A stretch of 64,000 nucleotides of DNA from Octopus vulgaris. Lineage: Eukaryota. Below the pieces are notes generated by a model that was given only the letters and a program-made list of their open reading frames with translations, did not search any database and had not been told where the DNA came from. Position 1 is the stretch's first letter. Each line of letters starts with the position of its first letter. Location: the NCBI GenBank assembly GCA_951406725.2, contig OX597823.1, forward strand, positions 118,048,001-118,112,000, given 5' to 3'. Shown here in pieces: positions 13,717-25,003 of the stretch. A program made the position numbers and the translations under genes.

Positions 13717-14047
13717 CTGTACAGGTGCTCAGTGTGCCTCATGTCTGTACAGGTGCTCAGTGTGCCTCATGTCTGTACAGGTGCTCAGTGTGCCTCATGT
13801 CTGTACAGGTGCCTCATGTCTGTACAGGTGCTCAGTGTGCCTCATGTCTGTACAGGTGCTCAGTGTGCCTCATGTCTGTACAGGTGCTCATTGTGCCTCA
13901 TGTCTGTACAGGTGCTCAGTGTGCCTCATGTCTGTACAGGTGCTCAGTGTGCCTCATGTCTGTACAGGTGCCTCAGTGTGCCTCATGTCTGTACAGGTGC
14001 CTCAATGTGCCTCATCTCTGTACAGGTGCCTCAGTGTGCCTCATGTC
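13717..14047. repeat. Minisatellite, 28-bp unit ctgtacaggtgctcagtgtgcctcatgt, about 12 copies
   Basis: Directly visible, with one 19-bp unit and three 29-bp units. Confidence 0.95.
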
Positions 14048-14140
14048 AGATGCCAAATTGATTGCAGAACAACATGAAATAATGTGTTTTGCTCAAGAAC
14101 ACAATGCACTACTTGGTCTGGGAATCGAAACCACAATACC
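14048..14140 (-). mobile_element. tRNA-derived SINE head related to family C
   Basis: Reverse complement reads gtggtttcgattcccagacc...ttgagcaaaacac, as in the 38176 copy. Confidence 0.6.
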
Positions 14141-14210
14141 CACTAGGTCACATGCCTTCAATATACACACACGTGTGTGTATGTATGTAAGAATCTACGG
14201 TATGTATGTG

Positions 14211-14267
<57 letters not shown>

Positions 14268-14274
14268 TTTTATC

Positions 14275-14901
14275 AATGCGTCTTCCAGTCAGGCTGATTG
14301 CCCGGGCCAGCCTCACTACCTCTCTCCATCCCTCCCGATCTTCCATTACTGTTTTTAGGTCTTCAATTTGGCATCCAACAACTTCTGCAAGCTGTTGTAT
14401 ATACATCTTCTGTGCTCTTCCAGCCGCTGTGAAACCATGATTTTGTGTCCACAGCAACACATTACTTACTTGTTCTTCTTTACTTCTCCAGCAGTGACCA
14501 GCAAACCTCAATCTCTGCTCTTGGATGGTTGGTGAGAAATTTGGTACATTCCCATATAACTGTTGTTTTGTTGGGTGTTACCTCCAAGAGATGTTGAACA
14601 CTGCATGTAACATTCTGGTGTAGGCACTGTCCAGCATGCATCTGAGTCTCTAGGCGAGAGTCCAAGTTAGAGATCCATATACAAGCACAGATTCAACAAC
14701 TGTTCTGAAGAAATGACTCTTCACCTGAATACAACAGGTGAAATCAGGACCATCAAATAGGAGCCCTTGAAGAATGTCAATGGGTTTACATACTTAGGCA
14801 GCAATATCATGTCCACGGAAAAAGATATTAAATCTCATGTTGCTATAGCTTGGGCAGCTACATACAGTCTTAGAACAATATGGAAGTCAACCCTACCAGA
14901 T
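14275..14901 (-). mobile_element. RTE-clade LINE 3' fragment with inverted 5' segment
   Basis: Minus 14727-14290 reads QVKSHFFRTVVESVLVYGS...LRFAGHCWRSKEEQVSNVLLW...MEDREGWR. Plus 14728-14901 reads LKNVNGFTYLGSNI...AWAATYSLRTIWKSTLPD. Confidence 0.85.
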
Positions 14902-14914
14902 ATATATATATATG

Positions 14915-15174
14915 GTAAGACAACAAAAGAAAGAAAGAGACCTCGATATTATGTAAATAGAGGAATTTATCTGTAAATATGATATGTGACAATTATTCGG
15001 TAGCCATAATAAAACTCCAAGTTTCAGATGTTGGGGCAGAAACCCACGCTGTCATCTCTTCAGTTATCTGGCCAGATAACTGAAGAGATGGCAGCGTGGG
15101 TTTCCACCCTGATATCCAAAACTCCGAGTTCTATCATGGCTACCGAATAATTGTCACATATCATATTTACAGAT
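14915..15174. mobile_element. Spacerless palindromic element, family P2 (Penelope-like, hammerhead core in each arm)
   Basis: Arms 14969-15071 and 15072-15174 are imperfect reverse complements around ctgg|ccag and contain CTGAAGA...GAAAC. Confidence 0.75.
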
Positions 15175-16101
15175 ATATATACACACACACACACACACAC
15201 ATATCATTTATACATATACATATATTAGTCTGGAATCCGACGGTGCTGATAGCCCAGAACTTGGCTTGAGTGCTTCTCTGGAAATACCTTACCTTTATAC
15301 CCTACCAGGATCTAAGATACACATATATATATGTGTGTGTGTGTGTGTGTATACACATTCTCTCTCTCACACCTGACATCTATACATTTCATACCTCAGA
15401 GTTCAGTAAACTTTGAAACAAACCAACTGCAATGGAAATTTCTAACTTAAGCCACAGCATTTATAATGTCAAATAGGACCAAACGTAATCTCAAGCCTGA
15501 TGCAAACTGACAAGTTTGTAAGTGATAGCTCTGATGATTTATCATTATTTCAACACATTTAGAAAATATATATAATTAACAACGATTTCTGTTGATTCAG
15601 GTGTGTGTATTTTCAGGTGTTGTGTCTATGCATAAATGTTCAAATGCTATGAAATGTCTTTTACAAATCTGAGAATATTTGGAAATGTACCACCAGGTGT
15701 GTATGCTTATGTATGTGTGTCAGTGTGTCTATGTGTGTGAGTGTGTTTGTGTGTGTGTGCATGCACATATGTGTTGCATCATCACCATCATCATCATCAC
15801 CACCATTATATGTGGGGTGCAGTTGAGCGAGAGACCAACAAAACCACAACTATCACCAAAGATGGTCTTATATATCTGTTAAAATGAGATGTCAGTGTTA
15901 CCTTCATTTTTGCGTAATTTAGATGACAATATGTTCACCACTCTGTATATTCATAAATATATACATAACTATTCACACACACACATACATATGTTCTCTT
16001 CTGTTTTTAGTTATTTGAATTCTTTTTCTGAAAAAAGAGCTGGTTTCTAACAAAGATACAAAGCTCCATCTTTGAAATGTAGATGTATGTGTGTATGTAT
16101 G

Positions 16102-16168
<67 letters not shown>

Positions 16169-16399
16169 TAAAACCTAACCCTAACCCCCTCCCATGTCCA
16201 ATGATGGTGCTGAGTCGTCAAAGATTTAAACCAAATATTCTCAAAACAACTTGTCCAACTGTCCCTTAGGCCTCCCCTTTGAGAAACACTGATTTAACCT
16301 AAATTTGAGACACTAGCAAAAGAAGAAATAAAGATAAACTTTTTTTTCTATTCCCCAAAAAAACTATTTTATTCACACAAATATGCAACCGTTGACTTT

Positions 16400-16737
16400 A
16401 AAGTACCAGTAATGATAAGGCTGTTGACAAGGAGAACACAAACATGGTTTAAATAGTAAGCTTGGCAGGAGAGAAACGTGCCTTTAAGCAGTACAAAAAC
16501 AACAAAAAATGGAAAGTGCAGTTATGTACAGGTTGACAGAAGAAAAGCACATTCCCACGGCTTTATCGATCGTATTCTCAACTGGAATCGATTTTTGTAA
16601 TTTTTTCAAGACTTATATATGCCCTGATACCGTCAGTATCTACATATCAAATTTGAGCGCAATCGGATGGAGGATACCCGAGATCCTAGAAGACACACAC
16701 ACACACACACATACAGAACGGATTTTATATAACAGAT
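16400..16737 (-). mobile_element. Probable non-autonomous Helitron-like element
   Basis: atcaaatttgagcgcaatcgg...(CA)n...ttttatata layout, like the reverse 5' end of other Helitron-type elements here. Left boundary unclear. Confidence 0.4.
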
Positions 16738-17087
16738 ATACAGATAAAAGTACATTTACTATTTATTTAGTATTATACTCACACACACACACACACACAC
16801 ACATGTGATAAATGTTTGCATATCTAAACAGACACACATTTACACACACACACACCCAAAATACATATATATATGTGTATACGTCTGCAATAGATGAAAT
16901 GCACCCATTCTGTAAAGTAGTTGGTGTTATGTAGGGTATTTGGACATAGAAACCAAGCCAAAAATGAAACTTACCTCCTTGCTATCTAGAAGACTAGCAA
17001 TAAACCATCCGAGCCGATCCAGCATGGTAAATAAATGTAAAAGATGATGATGATAATGATGGTGGTGGTGGTGGTTTTTGGTGATGT

Positions 17088-17142
<55 letters not shown>

Positions 17143-17551
17143 GATGAGGAGGAGGAGGATAGGTTATAATGATTGTTAAGAAGACACTAGTTTTTTGACA
17201 AAGGGTCATCCTGGGCAATGTGTCCTGACATAATCATGAGGTTCTCTTGACAGTGTGGATAAATGCAACGGCATAGGAGTGTATGTTCTAGATATCTATA
17301 TATATAAAACTTTTTATCTGTAAATTTTGGCTTACACATAATGCTATCTCTAAAAATGCAAACGGGAATACTTTAGACAGAATAATGAAGGACATAATCC
17401 AAACATTCAGATCTTCCTGTCTTGAAATCATTATAGAGACAAAGTTAATAAAATATATTTTCATGGATGTCTCACTAGAACATTTGAATTAAAAGATTGT
17501 TTACATAAATACAGGCTCGTGTCACTTGTGTTTAATATATCAAACCCTAAA

Positions 17552-18757
17552 GACAGCGAGCTGGCAGAAACCTTAGCACACTGGGCGAAATGCTTAGTGG
17601 TATTTCGTCTGCCACTAAGTTCATCATCATCATCATCGTTTAACATCCATTCTCCATGCTAGCATGGGTTGGATGGTTCGACTGGGGATCTGGGAAGCCA
17701 GAAGGCAGCACCAGGCTCCAGTCTGATCTGGCAGTGTTTCTACAGCTGGATGCCCTTCCTAACACCAACCAATCCGTGAGTGTAGTGGGTGCTTTTTACA
17801 TGCCACCGGCACAGGTGCCAGGCGAGGCTGGCAATGGCCACGATCGGATTGGTGCTTTTTACGTGCCACCGGCATGGAAGCCAGTCAAGGCGGCACTGGC
17901 ATCAGCCACGTTCGGATGGTGCTTTTTACGTGCCACCGGCACAGGGATCACAACTGCAGTTTCCATTGATTTTTGATGTTGGTATACTTGACTCAATGCA
18001 CAGGGTGTTTCTTTACTTGCCACCTGCACACGAGTCAGTCCAGCAGCCCTGGCAACTGACGGGTGCCAGTCATAGGATTGGTTCAATTTCGATTCCAATT
18101 TCACTTGCCCCAACAGGTCTTCACAAGCAGAGTTTAGTGTCCAATGAAGGGAAGTTGGCATGGATGCCTGTCGTCGGATGAGGTTCGATTTGGACTTCAC
18201 TTGCCTCAACAGGTCTTCGTGTGTCCAAGGGAGGAAAGGCATGCATAAGTGGGCTGGCTGGGATGGACTCACTTGTCCTGCCGGGTCTTCTCACGCACAG
18301 CATATTTCCAAAGGTCTCGGTCGTTAGTCATTGCCTTGGTGAGGCCTAAAGTTCGAAGGTCGTGCTTCACCACCTCATCCCAGGTTTTCCTGGGTCTGAG
18401 TTCAAATTCCGCCGAGGTCGACTTTGCCTTTCATCCTTTCAGGATCGATAAATTAAGTACCAGTTACACACTGGGGTCGATGTAATTGACCTAATCTGTT
18501 TGTCTGTCCTTGTTTGTCCCCTCTATGTGTAGCCCCCTGTGGGCAGTAAAGAAATAAGAAATGTTAGCATGACGGGTGAAATGCTTAGCAATATTTCATC
18601 TGTCTTTACATTCTGAGTTCAAATTCTGCCCAGGTTGACTTTGCCTATCATCCTTTTGGGGCCAATAAATTAAGTACCAGTTGCATATTAGGGTCAATCT
18701 AATCGACTGGCCCTCTCCCCAAAAATTTTGGGCCTTGTGCCTTGAGTAGAAAAGAAT
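17552..18757 (+). mobile_element. SINE family B interrupted by an RTE LINE, followed by a second tandem family B copy
   Basis: Head at 17552-17622 resumes at about 18395 (ctaagttca / ctgagttca TSD-like). Second copy spans about 18557-18757. Confidence 0.8.
17622..18395 (-). mobile_element. RTE-clade LINE 3' end (ORF tail, 3' UTR and (ATG)n tail)
   Basis: (cat)n-cgtttaacatcc tail. 18300-18395 on minus encodes PRKTWDEVVKHDLRTLGL, matching the 46252 copy. Confidence 0.9.
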
Positions 18758-19249
18758 ATATTAAAGCCTAGTTAATAATTCAGAAAAAACTTTTTAATCT
18801 GTTTTCTAGTAATAGGATTTTTGGTAGAGCAGCCTATTCCTATAATGATATCCCAGAAGCAAGTAGATTAAATTAGTTTCACTCCCAGCCCCTTTCCTTC
18901 AAAAAAGAAGAAAAGACCCTATATTTCCAACTTTTTGTCAGTTTCTATTTTCAGATTTAATCAAGTTTATCAACCTGCTCTTAAATTAGCAAAAAAAATA
19001 AAATCATTAGAATGATTAATGACAATATGAAGAAAGCTACCAGCCTCACCTGCTGGAGTAATACAAATGCAGGGAGATCTTGGTTTGACAAAATTATGAA
19101 TAAAAATGTAGATTTACCCATTTTGATATTGTAGAATTTTGTCTTTCTGTCTTTAAAGAGCTACAAAAACACTTGACTTTGCTAATATCATTTTGGTGAC
19201 ACCCATTTTGCATCAAGAGAATAAACACTACTCCACTAACCACATCAAC

Positions 19250-19710
19250 ATCATCATCAACATTCAACATCCATTTTCCATGTTGGCATGGGTTGGATGG
19301 CTCGGCAGGAACTGGCAAAGCCAGGGGCCATACCAGATACCATAGTCTGTTTTGGCTTGGTTTTTACAGCTGGATGCCCTACCTAGGGACAGTCACTTTA
19401 CAGAATGTACTGGGTGCTTTTTACATGGAACAATCACCAGTGTTTTTTTACATGGCACCAGCACCACCGTTTGTTATGTGGCACTAACACCCACACCAAT
19501 GCTTTTTACATGGCACCTTAGTTTTAGGATCTCACTTCTGTTGTATTGGGCGGGTCTTCTCAAGTACAGCAATGCACCACATATCTCACCCCTCTGTCAT
19601 CTCCATCGTAAAGTTCAGTGTTTTTGTGATTGGCTTTTAATACTTCATCCCATGTCTTCTTCAGTTTCCCTCTTCCACAACTTCCCTCTACTTTAAGTGA
19701 TTGGCACATT
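19250..19710 (-). mobile_element. RTE-clade LINE 3' end, older copy
   Basis: catcatca..ccattttccatgttggcatgggttggatgg and ttttacagctggatgcc motifs. Confidence 0.7.
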
Positions 19711-20034
19711 ACCTTCAAGTCTGTTTCAGCAGTCCCACTTTCATAAAGAGAATTGTGTTACATAAGCCTACACAATTTACTGAGGCTAGTTGCTCATGTC
19801 AGGACAGCACTATATGCTGCCTGCTGATGGCAGAGGTTAAATGAAAACATCCAAACCTTGGCACAATCCCGATATATTACCCTAATATACAGAACGACTA
19901 TTCAAATAATGATTTATTATTGCACATGATCATTTATGAACATAAAGGGTCATACTGATCCTACATAAATATCACACCTGATCCTACATAAATATCACAC
20001 CTGATCATTTATAATTATTTATGAACAGATGAGT

Positions 20035-20352
20035 GTGATTGTTGACAGAGCGGCTAACCGGCTTCCATGCCAGTGGCACGTAAAAGGCACCATTCGAGCA
20101 TGATCATTACCAGTTGCATGTGTAAAAAGATTCGAGTGAGGTCGTTGCCAGTACTACCTGACTGGCCCCGTGCCGGTGGCACGAAAAAGCACCCACTACA
20201 CTCATGGAGTGGTTGGCGTTAGGAAGGGCATCCAGCTGTAGAAACTCTGCCAGATCAGATTGGAGTTTGGTGCAGCCATCTGGTTCACCAGACCTCAGTC
20301 AACTCGTCTAACCCATGCTAGCATGGAAAGCGGACGTTAAACGATGATGATG
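20035..20352 (+). mobile_element. RTE-clade LINE 3' UTR fragment
   Basis: Ends ...cccatgctagcatggaaagcggacgttaaacgatgatgatg. Confidence 0.85.
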
Positions 20353-20639
20353 AGATGAAATATAACAAAGCTTTTGAATTAACGCTGTTTTTTTTTTTAA
20401 AAAAAAAGCTTTGAGCTACAATATCAACTGGAGGATTATTGAAAGATGTTGGCCTTATGTAAATGGCAGCAAAAGGCCCGATGTAAATAGCCTCTGCATA
20501 GCAAAAAATTGTCTAATTCTGAAAAATTACCTGGAACCATAGATATATTTAAATGCCAAATTGAAAACATATTCAGTGAATATAAATATATCGATATTTA
20601 TGTATTTTGTAATTGGACACAGTGCCATGAATGGGACAA

Positions 20640-21720
20640 TGAATTCATGGGTGGGAAAATGAATTTAACATGATAGCAATAGAATGTTATGTGATCCAAG
20701 GAAGCAAGGTTCCCAGAAAAGAATGCTGGACATTTGGAATGAGATTCAAGTGTTTAATCTCAAGCCAAGTATTGGGAATGTAAAAGTATTAGGAATGGAA
20801 AATATCTCTTTTACTTAGAAATTGTAGAGGTGCAAAGGATGATGAATAAAGAATTACAAGATATGACTGATCAAAGTCAGATTGAAGGTGATAACTCTTC
20901 AGCTACTTGGGAGATTGCAACATGTTTAGTGGCAGTAAGAGCAAGTGAGAACTTGCAGGAGTAAAGGGAATTTGACCAATGATAGATCCTTGAAAAACTG
21001 AGATAGAAAAAAAGAGGCTCTGGAGTTAGTTAACTTGAGGACAATGGATTGAATCAAGGTTAATGAAAAAAACATTAAAAGAGAACGGTATGATTAATAA
21101 GAAAGCTTGCAAAAGTATTGATGCTTGTATTAGCAGGTGTTAATGTATCTGCTTGCATTTTGAAAAAAAAGAAAGGATAAAAAAAGAATCAGATGGTACC
21201 CTTGTGAAAAAGATGGATACTAATGAATATTAGTGGCCTTAGGAAAGTAGTGCAAGTAGAATAAATTAAAGAAAAAACAGAAAGGTATATTAGAGAAAAT
21301 ACAAGGAAAATGGAATTGGGATACCGATCAAAAGATTAAAGCAGAGAACGAAGGCAAAATCTGTCAAAATGAGAAATTACAAAGGAAGAAACAACTAATA
21401 TAAGCAAAATCATGCTTTTCAACCAAACTGGAAAAGCCAATTTGATATTCTTGAAGGAAATGAGAGAGATAATAGCAGCACTGAATACTGTAGAAAGCAA
21501 GCTATTTTAATGAGAAATTTGAGAAAAAATGTCAAGCACAAGAATAAAGATTTGTTGATAAAAGAATGTGGAAAATTATGCTGAAAATGCTGAGATGTGG
21601 AAAATGTTATTATTATGAAAGTAAATATCTGAAAGTAATTAAAAAATGTAGGTAAGTGGAAAGCAGCTGGATCAGACCTGGTTTATAGTTATTGACTGAA
21701 AATGTGTATAAGTTTCCATG
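20640..21720 (+). mobile_element. Heavily decayed R4/Dong-like non-LTR retrotransposon (N-terminal to pre-RT region)
   Basis: Fragments DPRKQGSQKRMLDIWNEIQVF and KWKAAGSDLVYSY*LKMCISFH resemble GYRKRM..IW and NWKAPGPD.V..YWLK...LH. Confidence 0.55.
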
Positions 21721-21723
21721 TAA

Positions 21724-22133
21724 TCTATATATATAAAGCTGAAGTTGTCTGGGTATGGCAGGTTTGGTAGCCTTCAACTAACACTATCTCCTTCGAGACC
21801 CTGTGGTGAAAGTTGACCAAAATTGAGAGTATGATAGAAGAAGACTTGCTCTTCCTTCCGTAGAAGAAAAAAATTCAAATCAAACCATGGAATTGGGACA
21901 CCGATCAAAAGATTAAAGCAGAGAATGAAGGCAAAAATTATTTACATCAAAAAGGTGCTTTTTTTCTATGAAAATCCCTATTTTTTACAATTATTTGACT
22001 GCTGTGTCACCATATTTTGGTGTATTTCAACCAGAAAAATGTTCACTTAAAGAGAATAACAAGTTACATAATGCAAAATTTTTACTTTTCAAAAATTCCA
22101 ATTCTAAAGGGTCAAAACAAACCCGAGTAACAC
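21724..22133 (+). mobile_element. Non-autonomous Helitron family H1, 3'-truncated, with a captured 42-bp flank
   Basis: Starts A|TCTATATATATAAAGCTGAAG and is collinear with 38777-39168. Confidence 0.85.
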
Positions 22134-22826
22134 ATACATATACTTATAGTACAAAAAAAAAAACACAATGAAATTTTTTAAAAATCATTTGCTATTCTCA
22201 AAAGTATTTAACTCTGAGAACTAACTGATTTTAAAATTATAGATATACTTCAATATAGTTGGTGTCTTAATAATAAATTAAGTCACAAAACTAATGCCAA
22301 TTTGTGAATTTGCTCACTCAGTGTGAATTAAGGTACATTTTCTCAATGGTTATAAACTATTTCTTCTTCTTCATATCACAGCAAGGAGTTATAAAAATAC
22401 AGCCAAGGAGTTAAGATAGATTGAAATTGTGCACTCAATTTAATACAAAATGCAATGCTGCCAAAAACTTTACTGAAACTATGCAGTGAACTTGATATCT
22501 ACAATATGCTGCCAAGAACTTGGGATATATTCCTTGAGTCTCATTTCTTAGCAAGACTATATACTTTAAGCATATCATATTTTGTGTATTAATAATTTTT
22601 TTAACACCAAAAGGTAAATGAGGGCAACATCCTTCAAAATTTCTTGATCCGGCCAATTGTGTTTTAGAATAGTGTGGTCAGATATTTTTACAGCTAAATG
22701 TTCTTAACTATGACATACTGAATTATATCTTCAGCATATGTAAGGAGTTGTAGACTTTCTTCAGCTCACTGTATGTGTGTGTGTGTGAGAGAGAGAGAGA
22801 TGATGACGGTCATAATGATGATGATG

Positions 22827-23046
22827 ATGTTTGGTTGTCTCCCTTGTTGCAAAATCCGATCCCGACTTGGCGGTGTTAACCTTTTTGTGGAAGTAAACAA
22901 TAATGGTTCAGATGTCATGAGAAGTCAGTCTTCAAAGCTTCACGGTGGTAGCAATACCGTCAATCCTAGTATGATGAGAAATATTTCTGGTACAGCTCAC
23001 TGTAGTACATTTGAGTTGAATGATGAATTTTACAAAGCAACTACTG
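22827..23046 (+). CDS. Candidate coding exon of an unidentified host gene (MFGCLPCCKIRSRLGG...ELNDEFYKATT)
   Basis: Non-repetitive open frame of about 73 codons ending at a G|GTATGT donor (23046/23047, phase 1), with a possible acceptor ctttcttcag ending at 22764. No recognised domain. Confidence 0.4.
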
Positions 23047-23116
23047 GTATGTTGAAATGTGGAAACTTCTTTTAAGGAATAGAAATGAGACTTAGGAATA
23101 TGGTCGATATATATAT

Positions 23117-23760
23117 CATCATCATCGTTTAACGTCAGTTTTCCATGCTAGAATGGGTTGGATGGTTCAACCGGGGTCTGGGAAGCCAGGAGGCTGCACC
23201 AGGCTCCAGTCCGATCTGGCAGTGTTTCTACAGCTGGATACCCTTCCTAATGCCAACCAATCCGTGAGTGTAGTGGGAGCTTTTTACGTGCCACCGGCAC
23301 AGGGGCCAGAGGGGGCTGGCAATGGCCACAATCAGTTGGTGCTTTTTATGTGCCACCGGCACGGAAGCCAATCAAGGCAGCACTGGCATCGGCCATGTTC
23401 AGATGGTGCTTTTTACGTACCACCAGCACAGGTATCACAACTACACTTTCCATTTGATTTTCATTTTGATGTTGATGTACTTGACTCAATAGGTCTCCTC
23501 AAGCACAGCAGGTCGCCTTATGATCCAAGGTGCTTTTGAATAGGCTGGGGCTGGTTATGCGAAACTGGTGTAGGATACAACCATGAACTCACTTTATTTG
23601 CTGGGTCTTCACAGTCATGGCATATCTCCAGAGATCCCAGTCTTTTGTCATTGCCTCTGTGAGGCCCAATGTTTAAAGGTCATGCTTCACTAACTCATCC
23701 CATGTCTTCTTGGGTCTGCCTATACCCCAGATTCCTTCAACTGTTTGGGAGTGGCACTTT
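23117..23760 (-). mobile_element. RTE-clade LINE 3' end
   Basis: (cat)n tail; minus strand encodes KCHSQTVEGIWGIGRPKKTWDELVKHDL. Confidence 0.9.
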
Positions 23761-23779
23761 ATATATATATATATACATA

Positions 23780-23993
23780 TAAAGTTAATCCAAACAAGAA
23801 AACACAGAAAAAAAGAGAAAAAAACAGCAACGCGAGGACGTGGAACAATTAAAGTATTATTGACGCTCAGGAAAGAAGGGAAGGAGGGTTTAACGTTTCG
23901 AGCGGAGCTCTTCATCGGAAACAAGGAGAAGGAAAGATCCCAAGAAGGGAAGACAGAGGAAAAAATATTTTTGCTGGTGGTGCTCAAGAGATC
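23780..23993 (-). mobile_element. Short Penelope-like element in (TA)n with a hammerhead-like motif at 23888-23922
   Basis: Minus strand reads gttt-CCGATGA-A-gagc-tcc-gctc-GAAAC-GTT-aaac. Confidence 0.6.
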
Positions 23994-24090
23994 TATATAT
24001 ATATATATATACATACATACATACATACATACATACAAACATACATACATATACATACATATATATGTATGTATGTATGTGTGTGTGTGT

Positions 24091-24945
24091 GTGTATGGAA
24101 GTGAGGCATGGGTTGTTTACCATAGGCAGGTAAGGCAATTGGAATGATTTCATCAATACTGTCTGAGAAAAATTTGGGGGATAAACTGGAAAATGGCCAT
24201 TAGTAATGTGGAGGTGCTTGAGAGAAGTGGCAGTAGAAGTATAGAGTCAATGATTTTACAAAGACGTTTTAGGTAGGGGGGGGGCATTTGGTAAGGATGA
24301 GTGATGAGCGACTGCCCAAGCAGCTATTGAATGGTGACCTGGAAGATGGCAGGAGACCAGCGCATAAGCCTAAACTAAAGTTTAAGGATTGCCTTAAAAA
24401 CGCTCTAATACAGACAGGAATTGCAGCTGGTAATTGGGAGAGGGAGGCACAAGAGCGTGATGGATGGAGGAAGATAGTGCATGATGGTTGTTCAAGGTTT
24501 GAGAGGGAGAGAGTGAAGTATGAGAGAATTAGGGGGGGGGTTAGAAGGGGAGAACCTGTGGAAAGTGAGAGAGTGTTGCTTTTTACGTGTGTGGTTTGTG
24601 GGCGGAGGCGTTTGAGTCATGCAGGCCTGGTGAGCCATCAAAATTCTCATAGAAATCGACCCATGATAAACAATGATGTGGCTTTTAAAATTCATAACAG
24701 AACGTGAGTAAAATGTGGAAGGGAGTGCCTCTCAGTTGGAGGTCTAAAAAGACATGTTAAGAGAGTGCATATAGTAGCACCTGCTTCTCCTGCCTGCCGG
24801 CACAGTGTCTAGTATGTAATAAAATGTGTAAAAGCTTGGCCCGGCTTAAAAGTCATATAAGGGCATCACATAGCAACAATCATGAATCATTTCAGTAAGT
24901 CTTCTTGGCAATGGCTTTTCTCATGTAATGAGGATCCAGCTGTGA
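24091..24945 (+). mobile_element. RTE-clade LINE 3' fragment (distinct family) with three C-terminal C2H2 zinc-finger motifs
   Basis: YGSEAWVVYHRQVRQLE*FHQYCLRKI...HLVRMSDERLPKQLLNGDL...KFKDCLK, followed by three C2H2-like motifs. Contains stops and frameshifts. Confidence 0.85.
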
Positions 24946-25003
24946 TATGTATGTATGTATGTATGCATGTATGTATGAGTATATATATATATATATATAT
25001 ATA

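Noticed and set aside
13669-14297. Cys-rich repetitive ORFs or a CRISPR-like array
   Set aside because: A 28-bp tandem unit, not a multiple of three and open in several frames; no unique spacers and no cas genes.
16172-16186. CCCTAA repeats as a telomere or fusion scar
   Set aside because: Only two to three units, embedded in interspersed repeats.
19955-20006. 23-bp tandem duplication (also a 17-bp one near 30855-30890)
   Set aside because: Ordinary slippage duplications with no further structure.
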